Below the pieces are notes generated by a model. The model had not been told where the DNA came from and made no database searches. It was given only the letters and a program-made list of their open reading frames with translations. Below, piece after piece: positions 19,697-28,029 of a stretch of 64,000 bases of DNA (its first letter is position 1; every line of letters begins with the position of its first letter). The DNA comes from Dehalococcoidia bacterium (GTDB lineage: Bacteria > Chloroflexota > Dehalococcoidia > Lucifugimonadales > UBA3495). The DNA lies in contig JAKUQE010000015.1 of assembly GCA_022450395.1 (NCBI GenBank), forward strand, positions 377 through 64,376, in the 5' to 3' direction. A program made the position numbers and the translations under genes.

Positions 19697-19938
19697 ATGA
19701 TTTACGATGTTATCGTGGTTGGAGTTGGGCCGGCCGATTGTCCTTTGGCTTCCCGGCTGTCTGGAGACCCCACCGGTCGGTGTTGCTGCTAGAGGCGGGA
19801 CCGGAATATGCGGACCTGCAGATTCTGGCCGATGACCTGAAGCATTGGACGCTTGTCTCATGCGCACTGTGGGGACATTCCGGCACATATCCTGCACCTG
19901 CCGCATCGGGCCGGACTCGGACCGCATGGCAGTGGTAG
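19697..19938 (+). pseudogene. GMC oxidoreductase N-terminal relic
   Basis: MIYDVIVVGVGPADCPLASRLSGDP, then a frameshift to HRSVLLLEAGP; degenerate GxGxxG; truncated. Confidence 0.7.
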
Positions 19939-20097
19939 GTCAGTATTGCGGGGCGCGCGGGATGGAAGGTCTTCGGGTGGCGGACTGGATTTAGTGAGGT
20001 GGCTGGTGACTTGGGATAGGGTTTAACGTTACTTGGGTCTGATTTACTGTTGATCAAGCTTGGCAAACAGTTTTGTAACGAAGCCAATCAATCCCAT

Positions 20098-20262
20098 CCC
20101 TTCGGCTGCGATCAGGGCAGGCTCTCACCTTCCCCCATGGAGGGGAAAGGGATTGGTTCTCTCCACCTTTATGACGGAGAGTTAGAGAGGGGGTGGTTCG
20201 ACAGGCTCACCACGAACGGATGGAACGGTCCCATCCCGTTCGTTCTGAGCTTGTCGAAGGAC
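20098..20262. repeat. Composite REP-like cluster including family B (GTGGTTCGACAGGCTCACCACGAACGG...CCGTTCGTTCTGAGCTTGTCGAAGG)
   Basis: Family B also at ~7272-7322, 27411-27483, 35692-35760 and 41749-41777. Confidence 0.8.
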
Positions 20263-20297
20263 CATGCTCCTTGCGGATGCGGGTTTGAGTTCGGCGC

Positions 20298-20666
20298 CTA
20301 GCTCGGCGTTACGAAAGGAAGGTTTTCCTCTTTCCAGGAATTGAACCCAGGAGCCATGTAGACCACGTTGGTGTAGCCCATCGCCTTCATTGTCTGTCCT
20401 GACAGGGCAGCTCGCGCGGTGCCCATTCAATGGGTTACGATCATAGCGTCCTTGTCTGGGACCAGTTCTTCCAATCTGCTTTCTATGCGCCCTCTGGATA
20501 ACAGTACCGCGCCTTCGATAACTCCTTGTTCCCATTCGTCCGGCTCCCGGACGTCCAAGATCACGATGGGCTCTCCGGCTTCCTGCTTTTCGTGGACCTC
20601 CTTGGCCGACATGGACCCTACGGTTGCCTCGGCGATCTCCACCATTCTGCGTCCAATGTTATCCAT
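20298..20666 (-). CDS. Rhodanese-like sulfurtransferase, probable selenoprotein (in-frame UGA at active site; 122 aa with readthrough)
   Basis: ILDVREPDEWEQGVIEGA...IVTH-TGA(20427-20429)-MGTARAALSGQTMKAMGYTNVVYMAPGFNSWKEENLPFVTPS-TAG. The TGA sits at the catalytic Cys position and a hairpin follows. Confidence 0.85.
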
Positions 20667-20839
20667 CTACATTCTCCCTTGGTGAGTTTTTGGCGTTTGG
20701 CTTATCTGAAAAAATCCAATCTTGTTGACGCGATTCCGCTTTGGGACAGGCAAGAGAATATGGCCCTCGACCCCGGCTTGTCAATCGTGGAGCGCGGGCC
20801 GGTCTTGGGGTATCGATAGGCCGACCGGGATAGCGAAGT

Positions 20840-22153
20840 TCACTCGGCGTAAGCCAACTGCAGCTCCGCCGGCATCTGGGCCCGCAGTCCACGCAGATTG
20901 GAGCTGTATACGAGGATGGATATCGCCACCAAGATGATGATCGCGGCCCCCACGGCCACCGCTACCGGCGCTCCGAAATACTGGGCAATGAATCCGCCCT
21001 GGACCATGCCAAAAGGACCCAAGCTCCAGGTTATGGCATAGACACCCATCACCCGGCCTCTTAGCCGGTCGGGCACCAGGTGTTGGATGGTGCTCATCCC
21101 GCCTACCAAGTAGATTGAGTTGGTGATTCCCACGATGAATAGCATGCCCATGCTTATCAAATACCAACCCTGGGAGGCGGCCGCGGCGAACAACAATAAC
21201 GCCAGTCCGTACGCCATGGCCCCGCCTAGTATCGCCAGTCCTTTGGGGTGGTGCCCTCGAAGGTTGGCGACGGCGATCGTGCCCAGGATCGCCCCTACGC
21301 CCGAAGCGCCCAGTAATATGCCGATCTTGTCGGCCCCCACTCCCAGCACCTCCTTGGCAAAAGACGGCATGAGGTGAATGAAGGTCATGCCGAACATGCT
21401 GTTGCAGAAGGTGAGGAGCATGATGAGGGCAAAAATCTCGTGCTTTCTCACGTAGCGCAAACCCTCGAACACCTGTTGCAATACACGTCCCGTTGCTGGC
21501 GGCCGGGGCCTAAGTCTGAGGAATGCCGTCACCGTCCCCATGATGTAAAAAGTCCCGGCGCTGAACAACATGGAGGCCCCGATACTCAATTGCTCTATCA
21601 GGACCCCTGCCAGGGTGGGCCCCAACACCCGAACGCCGTTCCAAACCAACTCGGACATAGTCACGGCACTGACGATGTGTTCCCGTTCCACCAGTCTGGG
21701 AAATACGGCGGCCAGGCTTGGTTGATCGAAGGCTTGCAATGCGCCGATGGTAACGGCAGCCGCCAGCAGGTGCCACACCTCGACCCGTTCCGTCATTACC
21801 AACAGAGCCAGGCCCACCACCACCGTTGCCGAGATGGACTGGGCCATGGCTACCAAAAACTTGGGTTCCAGACGGTCGGCCAGGGTACCGCCGACCACGT
21901 TGAGGGTCATGGCGGGGACGGCGATGGCGATCCCCAAGAACGCCAGGTCCCGCTCCTCCCCGGTCAGTTGGAACATCAGCCAACCCAGGGTGAAGCTGAG
22001 TAACATCTGGTGTCCCGTCACTCCGGCTAGGAGGCCTAACCAGTAGAACCGGAAATGGCCGTACCTCATCGAAGAGGGCAGGATGCGGTTTATACCTCGA
22101 ACTGCCGGTGTGTTTAAGTCCGGTGTGTTTAACTCCGGTGCGTTTGATGCCAT
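20840..22153 (-). CDS. MFS transporter
   Basis: About 12 hydrophobic segments, GGTLADR, VPDRLRGRVMG. Confidence 0.92.
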   Translation of the reverse strand: MASNAPELNTPDLNTPAVRGINRILPSSMRYGHFRFYWLGLLAGVTGHQMLLSFTLGWLMFQLTGEERDLAFLGIAIAVPAMTLNVVGGTLADRLEPKFLVAMAQSISATVVVGLALLVMTERVEVWHLLAAAVTIGALQAFDQPSLAAVFPRLVEREHIVSAVTMSELVWNGVRVLGPTLAGVLIEQLSIGASMLFSAGTFYIMGTVTAFLRLRPRPPATGRVLQQVFEGLRYVRKHEIFALIMLLTFCNSMFGMTFIHLMPSFAKEVLGVGADKIGILLGASGVGAILGTIAVANLRGHHPKGLAILGGAMAYGLALLLFAAAASQGWYLISMGMLFIVGITNSIYLVGGMSTIQHLVPDRLRGRVMGVYAITWSLGPFGMVQGGFIAQYFGAPVAVAVGAAIIILVAISILVYSSNLRGLRAQMPAELQLAYAE

Positions 22154-22291
22154 GGGGCTAGTCTCTCACCCACATCGGCTTTCCGGCAACCCGGCCCAGC
22201 CGGATTTCCTTGACCCCGCAGTGGCCCTATGCTTTATACTGAGGCCATCGCGGGGCGACTCCCCCATCTCGTCTGGACCAGGAGACGTTTT

Positions 22292-23569
22292 ATGCTGAGT
22301 AGAGAGCAGAACGACCTATTGACCGGCATCGGCCCGGGTACACCCATGGGCGACACCCTGAGACGATACTGGATCCCGGCATTGTTGTCCTTCGAGATTC
22401 CGGAACCTGATTGCCCGCCGGTCAGGGTCAAGCTCATGGGCGAAGAACTGCTAGCCTTCCGGGACACCAACGGCCGCATCGGCCTCATCGCCGAATTCTG
22501 CGCCCACCGGCTTGCCTCTTTGTGGTTCGGACGTAATGAGGAGTGCGGGCTGCGCTGCGTATATCACGGCTGGAAATACGACGTCGATGGAAATTGTGTC
22601 GACCAGATGAACGAGCCGAACCAGTTCGCGGATAAAGTCAAGCTCACCGCCTATCCGACGGTGGAGATGGGCGACATGATCTGGGCTTACATGGGGCCGG
22701 TGGAGAAGATGCCGGCGCCGCCTAAGTTCGAGTGGACTCAGGTACCCGAGAGCCACCGCTACATGACCAAGGTGGTAGAAGAGTGCAACTGGCTACAAGC
22801 ACTGGAAGGGGGTATCGACACATCACACGCCCCGATACTGCACCGAAGGACTACCACTGAAACCAACGAGCCGGGGATACCATTCGATTCCCCCTTCGTC
22901 CAGGGCGCGGCTCCTGCCTTGGAGGTGGACGTTACCGACTACGGCTACCGGTACTACGGCATCCGGCCCCTGGGTGACGAGGGCAATTACGTGCGGGCCT
23001 ATCACTTCGTGATGCCCTTCACCCAGATCCGCCCCACCGGCAGCCAAAAGCCGTTGGTCGACGGCCATTTCTGGATCCCCATCGACGACCATAACGTCAT
23101 GGTTTACAACTGGGGCTATAGCTGGGGCGAAGACCCGCTGCTGCCCGAAGAAGGTATCAGCCGGGGTTCAGGCAACAACTTCGGGACCGACATCGACGTT
23201 GAAAACGGCTTCCGCTCCGTCAAAAACCGTTCCAACGACTACATGATCGACCGCCAGATCCAGAAGAACGAGACCTTCACCGGCATAACCGGCGTCAATA
23301 TACAGGACCGCGCCATCCAAGAAAGCATGGGCCGTATCGTGGACCGTTCCAAGGAATTTCTTGGGCCTTCCGACATGGCCATCGTTGCCACCCGAAAAAT
23401 GCTGGAAGAAGCGATGAACACTGTGATGGACGGGGGCGACCCTCCGGGTGTGGCGCCGACCTACTACAACATCCGGTCGGCCGAGGATGTGATTCCTTTC
23501 GACCTGGACTGGCGCGAAGCCTTGATGGGCCGCATGTACCCGGAGACCCCGGCGGCAACGATCAAATAA
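22292..23569 (+). CDS. Rieske non-heme iron oxygenase alpha subunit (phthalate 4,5-dioxygenase/LigXa-like)
   Basis: CAHR...CVYHGW Rieske motif; EGGIDTSH..LH and QD iron ligands. Confidence 0.92.
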   Translation: MLSREQNDLLTGIGPGTPMGDTLRRYWIPALLSFEIPEPDCPPVRVKLMGEELLAFRDTNGRIGLIAEFCAHRLASLWFGRNEECGLRCVYHGWKYDVDGNCVDQMNEPNQFADKVKLTAYPTVEMGDMIWAYMGPVEKMPAPPKFEWTQVPESHRYMTKVVEECNWLQALEGGIDTSHAPILHRRTTTETNEPGIPFDSPFVQGAAPALEVDVTDYGYRYYGIRPLGDEGNYVRAYHFVMPFTQIRPTGSQKPLVDGHFWIPIDDHNVMVYNWGYSWGEDPLLPEEGISRGSGNNFGTDIDVENGFRSVKNRSNDYMIDRQIQKNETFTGITGVNIQDRAIQESMGRIVDRSKEFLGPSDMAIVATRKMLEEAMNTVMDGGDPPGVAPTYYNIRSAEDVIPFDLDWREALMGRMYPETPAATIK

Positions 23570-23600
23570 ATCTACGATTCCGCCAAAATCCGGAGGCCCC

Positions 23601-24644
23601 ATGGAGTTCGGACTTTTCCTTGAGTTCCCAACGCCTGACGGCTACACCGATCAAGAGGCGTTTGCCCAAGGCTTTACCATGGTGGACGAGGCGGAGAGCA
23701 TGGGCGTGGACTCGGTTTGGCTGGCCGAATACCATTTCTCCCCGTTCAGCGTCCTGTCCGCTCCCCTCACCGTAGCCACCGCCGTTGCCTCGCGCACCAA
23801 GCGGATCAGGCTGGGTTTCGGCGTGCTGCTTCTTCCGCTGAACAATCCGATCAGGATCGCCGAGGAGACAGCTACCCTGGACCACATCAGCCAAGGTAGG
23901 CTGGAATTGGGGATAGGCCGGGGCACTTTCCCCGACCATCATGACGCGTTCAACTCGCCTTTCGCCGAAAGCCGGGGCAGGTTCGAAGAGTATCTGGAGA
24001 TCATCCTGAAGGCCTGGACCACCGAGGAGTTCTCCTTCGAAGGAGAACACTACCAGTGTCACAATCTGAAGGTTCGCCCCAAACCGTTTCAAAACCCCCA
24101 TCCCCCCATAAGAGTGGGGATCACTTCGGCGGAGACCTTTCCCATCATCGGGCGTATGGGATATCCGATCTTCATCAACCCCTCCCGGGTCTTTTCCCTG
24201 GCTGAATTGGCGCCCAACATACAGAACTACCGGAAAGCCTGGAAGCAAGCGGGACATCCAGGGGAAGGCAACGTGGGGTTAAGGGTGCCGGTCTACGCGG
24301 CGGAGAAGGCCGGCGACGCATATAACGAGCCCATGGAGAGCACGATGGCTTCGGTGTTTAACCTGGGCCAGCGTGTAGCCGGCAGCGCCTCAAGGGAGGG
24401 CACCAGCGGGAACTGGGAGGCGCAGGCGGAACATATCCAGGGAATGACTTACGACGACTGGTTGCGGGACAAGGTGGTGTACGGCACTCCCGAGGCTATC
24501 GTCGACCGGTTGGGGCAACTGATTGAAGATCTCCAGTTGGACCAGATAATCTACGAGATCAATTTCGGCCGCCGCATACCCTACGAGCTGCAGATGACCA
24601 ACCTGCGGCTGATGAACGATCGGGTGATTCCCCATCTGAGGTAG
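23601..24644 (+). CDS. LLM-class flavin-dependent monooxygenase
   Basis: WLAEYHF, ATLDHISQGRLELGIGRG, PKPFQNPHPPI. Confidence 0.9.
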   Translation: MEFGLFLEFPTPDGYTDQEAFAQGFTMVDEAESMGVDSVWLAEYHFSPFSVLSAPLTVATAVASRTKRIRLGFGVLLLPLNNPIRIAEETATLDHISQGRLELGIGRGTFPDHHDAFNSPFAESRGRFEEYLEIILKAWTTEEFSFEGEHYQCHNLKVRPKPFQNPHPPIRVGITSAETFPIIGRMGYPIFINPSRVFSLAELAPNIQNYRKAWKQAGHPGEGNVGLRVPVYAAEKAGDAYNEPMESTMASVFNLGQRVAGSASREGTSGNWEAQAEHIQGMTYDDWLRDKVVYGTPEAIVDRLGQLIEDLQLDQIIYEINFGRRIPYELQMTNLRLMNDRVIPHLR

Positions 24645-24747
24645 GGACGCTGGCGCCGACTGTCATTGGGCCGCCCGTCATTGGATGGAAGGCTGCCCGC
24701 CGGCCGTGATACCATTGGCGGACTCAGATAGTCATAAGGGGGCTAAC

Positions 24748-25185
24748 ATGGGAGTGATAAAGATCGAAGGGGTTACCCATTGGTCCATTCCCGTCAACGA
24801 TCTGGCGGAGTCGGAACAGTTCTACGGCGATCTACTTGGCTTGACCGCCAAAGGACGGTTGGGCAATTCGATGATGTCCTGCTTCAACGTTGGCGACCAT
24901 AATATCCTGTTGTGTGAGCGTGACGAGCCGGTGCACGACATGGCGGAAACTGAGAAAAAGGTGCACCACTCGTTCACGGTGAGTCCGGAGACGCTGGACG
25001 CGGCCTTCAAGGTATTTCAAGAAAATCGGGTCCAGGTGGCCTACCTGACCTACCGTGCCGAGGGTGTCTTTACCGGCAGAGAGTTGTACTTCTTCGATCC
25101 CAGCGGTAATAGGCTTGAACTGCGGGACCCCACGTGGAAAAAGGGGATGCCTGAGCCCACGTACGAGGAAATCATCAATTCGTAA
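24748..25185 (+). CDS. VOC family protein
   Basis: THWSIPVNDL, HHSFTV, YFFDPSGNRLEL. Confidence 0.88.
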   Translation: MGVIKIEGVTHWSIPVNDLAESEQFYGDLLGLTAKGRLGNSMMSCFNVGDHNILLCERDEPVHDMAETEKKVHHSFTVSPETLDAAFKVFQENRVQVAYLTYRAEGVFTGRELYFFDPSGNRLELRDPTWKKGMPEPTYEEIINS

Positions 25186-25244
25186 GAGCCGTGGCCTCCG
25201 GGATTCTTACGAGTAGGCACTGCGAGGGCCTCTCGCGCCACTTC

Positions 25245-25530
25245 TGTCATTGATCTGAAAATAGAATTGCCAATCTTCAGCCGCACACTTGGTCATTCCG
25301 GCACCAGCCCTTCGGCGGAAGGGCGGCGAGGCTCCGGCTTCGTCGCGAGTCCCTGGCGGAGTCGGGAAATCTCAGGTGACCGTTACAACCAGGCATGAGA
25401 CTCCTCGCTAGGATCGGAGTGACACGAATCGCCCATTTTCGTGGGCTGTGGTGCTGGCGCCAACCAGCATGAATGATTCCGAGCGAAGCGAAGAATCTGC
25501 CTCCCGCATTGAGATTCTTCGTCGCTACGC
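25245..25530 (-). repeat. Composite palindromic element, copy 2 (inverted relative to 15437-15715)
   Basis: Shares long near-identical blocks, e.g. GTGTCACTCCGATCCTAGCGAGGAGTCTCATGCCTGGTTGTA; carries an extra ~38 nt insertion. Confidence 0.8.
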
Positions 25531-25546
25531 CCTTGCTCTGAAAATA

Positions 25547-25607
25547 ACCCCTCACCCCCGGCCCCTCTCCCGCCGGGAAAGGGGTGGCCGCAGGCCGGGG
25601 TGAGGGC
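25547..25607. repeat. REP-like palindrome family C (CCCTCACCCC...CCCTCTCCC...GGGGTGAGGG)
   Basis: Similar copies at 42674-42741 and 45059-45109. Confidence 0.75.
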
Positions 25608-25662
25608 CAAATTCAGAATGACGTTGTATATTGATAGACAATCAACCCGCTCTAAGGAGGCG

Positions 25663-26094
25663 ATGCCAATGTCCTCGGAAGCCTTGCGCCACGTGTGGCT
25701 CTTGGAAGGTTTGGACGATGACCAACTCGATGCCCTTTCGGCGTTCACGTTCAACAAGACCTTCAGATCCGGCGAACTGATCGTGGAGGAAGGCCATACG
25801 GACAATGGGCTATACGTCGTCGTCTCCGGCGAAGTTGAGGTGATAAAGGGCCTGGAAACAGACCGGCCCCAGGTTCTTAACCGTTTGGGGGCGGGGGACG
25901 TCTTCGGTGAGATGGCCCTTTTAGGCGAGTGGCCCAGGACGGCGACCGTACGGGCGGTGGACGATGTCGAGTGCCTGGGTATCGACCGGTGGGTGTTTCT
26001 GGCTCAACTGGAAAGGCAGCCCCAGGTGGGGATCAAGATGCTCCACATCTTGGCCCAGAAGCTTAGAGACAGCGACGCCCGCCTGATGGAGTAA
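25663..26094 (+). CDS. Stand-alone cyclic nucleotide-binding domain protein
   Basis: LYVVVSGEVEV and FGEMALL...PRTATVRA phosphate-binding cassette; no HTH; AAGGAGG RBS. Confidence 0.9.
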   Translation: MPMSSEALRHVWLLEGLDDDQLDALSAFTFNKTFRSGELIVEEGHTDNGLYVVVSGEVEVIKGLETDRPQVLNRLGAGDVFGEMALLGEWPRTATVRAVDDVECLGIDRWVFLAQLERQPQVGIKMLHILAQKLRDSDARLME

Positions 26095-26113
26095 CGCCGG
26101 GCGGCGGCGTTAA

Positions 26114-27373
26114 TTATCCATCGCTGAGTTGTCGCGCGTATTGGGCCAGGGATTGCCTGACCTTGATCAACACGGGCGACAAAGCCGCTGGAGTCTGGAG
26201 AAACCCGCAATACGCCGAAAGCTCCCTTAAGCGTTCGGCGAAATATGACCAAGCGGCGGCCTGATGGGGAAGGGCGTGCATCTCCCGCGAGGCCCGGAAG
26301 CTTGGACCAGCGGTTAGTCCCTTGTGGGAAGGTCCGGCAGGCAACGTAGTCAGCGCCACCCCCAATGGTGAGATCACGTCCATCATCATAGCCACCGTGA
26401 TGTCCGAAAGTTGAATCAGTTGTTCCTCGGACTCCTCCGTGTGTAGCAGCAGACGTCCCATAATCTGCATCATCAATTCGTAACAGCCGTCGAAAAGATT
26501 GCAAACGTCGGCGCTCAGTGGGTCTTCTATGAGATTCGCTTCTTCACGATCGACGATGTCGGTGGGAATAATGGCGTAAGGGTTCCGCAGTACCGGGCGT
26601 CCCGGCTCGAATTGCGGGTCGTCCTTTAGCAGTTGGTCGTATTCCTCCAGCATCGCAACGAACCGGCCGTGATGAGAATCCTTGGTATCGCCCCTGGCGC
26701 CCTCTCCCTGCTCGACGATACCCTCTATGGCGGCGATATCCGATTCCAGGCCGGTGACGGGAAACAGACCCGGCAGGCTGAAGTAGGCGTCTGCTATCTG
26801 CGCTTGGGGCGGACCCAGGAAAAGTTGCTCTTCGCCCAGCTTTTGAGATAGATATCTCAGACCGTCTTCGATGCCCTTGTATAGGTGGCCCACCGTCTGA
26901 TATTGCCTCTCGCTGGAGAATATATCGCTGAGCTTATTTTGGGGCAAGAAGGCCGAACCCAGCGGGCCGCCGCTGGTTCCATCATCTTCGTCTTGGGGGC
27001 GCTCAACAAATACGAAACTCTCCAAGGTTTCGCGGCAAAAGGGGGCCAGCTCCAGCCGGAAGGACGGAGGATAAGCCTTGAGGCTGGAAGGCATGTTTGG
27101 CCGGTGCAAGTGAGGCGCGCCTCCAACGGCGGTGAGCAGGTTGCAAGCCAGAGAAAGATGCACCATCTCCTGGATGGCGATCTGGATTATAGTGCCGCGC
27201 CACCGCCGGATTATCGCTAATTGCTCTTCAGTGACGCCTTCATTTACGTCGCTCTTGATGCCGAAGGCGGCGAACATATAACAGCACGAAATACCGTGCT
27301 CTAATTCCGCGGCTTCGGTGAGCAGGTAGATCAACTGTGCCCTGTTTTCGATTCTGATTGGCGCGTCAACCAT
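26114..27373 (-). CDS. Ferritin-like domain protein (VioB/iminophenyl-pyruvate dimer synthase-like domain)
   Basis: AAELEH...Y, IQEMVHL...NLLTAVGG, IVEQGEG, SH..RF. Confidence 0.8.
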   Translation of the reverse strand: MVDAPIRIENRAQLIYLLTEAAELEHGISCCYMFAAFGIKSDVNEGVTEEQLAIIRRWRGTIIQIAIQEMVHLSLACNLLTAVGGAPHLHRPNMPSSLKAYPPSFRLELAPFCRETLESFVFVERPQDEDDGTSGGPLGSAFLPQNKLSDIFSSERQYQTVGHLYKGIEDGLRYLSQKLGEEQLFLGPPQAQIADAYFSLPGLFPVTGLESDIAAIEGIVEQGEGARGDTKDSHHGRFVAMLEEYDQLLKDDPQFEPGRPVLRNPYAIIPTDIVDREEANLIEDPLSADVCNLFDGCYELMMQIMGRLLLHTEESEEQLIQLSDITVAMMMDVISPLGVALTTLPAGPSHKGLTAGPSFRASREMHALPHQAAAWSYFAERLRELSAYCGFLQTPAALSPVLIKVRQSLAQYARQLSDG

Positions 27374-27410
27374 GGCTATTATATTGATCCTGTAGAAGCT
27401 GTGGTGAAGA

Positions 27411-27483
27411 GTGGTTCGACAAGCTGACCAGGAACGGGAAAGCGAATTCCCACCGTTTGTCCTGAGCCTGTCGAAGGACCCGT
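27411..27483. repeat. REP-like palindrome family B
   Basis: GTGGTTCGACAAGCTGACCAGGAACGG...CCGTTTGTCCTGAGCCTGTCGAAGG. Confidence 0.75.
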
Positions 27484-27560
27484 TAGCCCGATTACAGAGT
27501 GGCTTTTCCTATTCGAATTCAAAAGGTACCCATCAGGTTCGCGACTTTCGGCGAGTTCAT

Positions 27561-27953
27561 TTAGGCAGCTGTTGCTTCGGGTGAGCCAGCCCGGTCCCCG
27601 ATGTATCGGACCACATCTCGAGCTCTCGAGCGCAGACGCTCCGCCGCCGTCGAACCGGTAACGTCGCAGAACAGCATGGTGACCACGCGGCGTTCACCCT
27701 GAGGCTCGCCGCTGGTGCGGGCTGTCTCCAGCTTAGTCAGCAATTCCCGGGGGATGTACTGCTCCAGCCGGGCCCTCGCGGGGTCGGCCTGAGCTTGGCC
27801 AAGCTGATGGCCGCAATTCAAGCAGAAACGCGCCTCGGCGGGTAACTCGGTAGCGCATTCCGGGCAGGTGGCGGACATCGACTTCCCGCAAGACATGCAG
27901 AATCGGGCGCCGCCGGGGTTCTCTCCCCGACAGCTGGGACATTCCATCTTCAA
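27561..27953 (-). pseudogene. Internally deleted paralog of the adenylate/guanylate cyclase gene
   Basis: Double zinc ribbon plus GERRVVTMLFCDVTGST as in the neighbouring gene, then an abrupt switch to a short tail (ERLRSRARDVVRYIGDRAGSPE). Confidence 0.75.
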
Positions 27954-28029
27954 ATCTCCAGTAGTTGTCCGGAACCAGGTTATCCAGTCTGACCTACCGG
28001 CACATCCCGGATTCCTGGAAGATCCAGGG

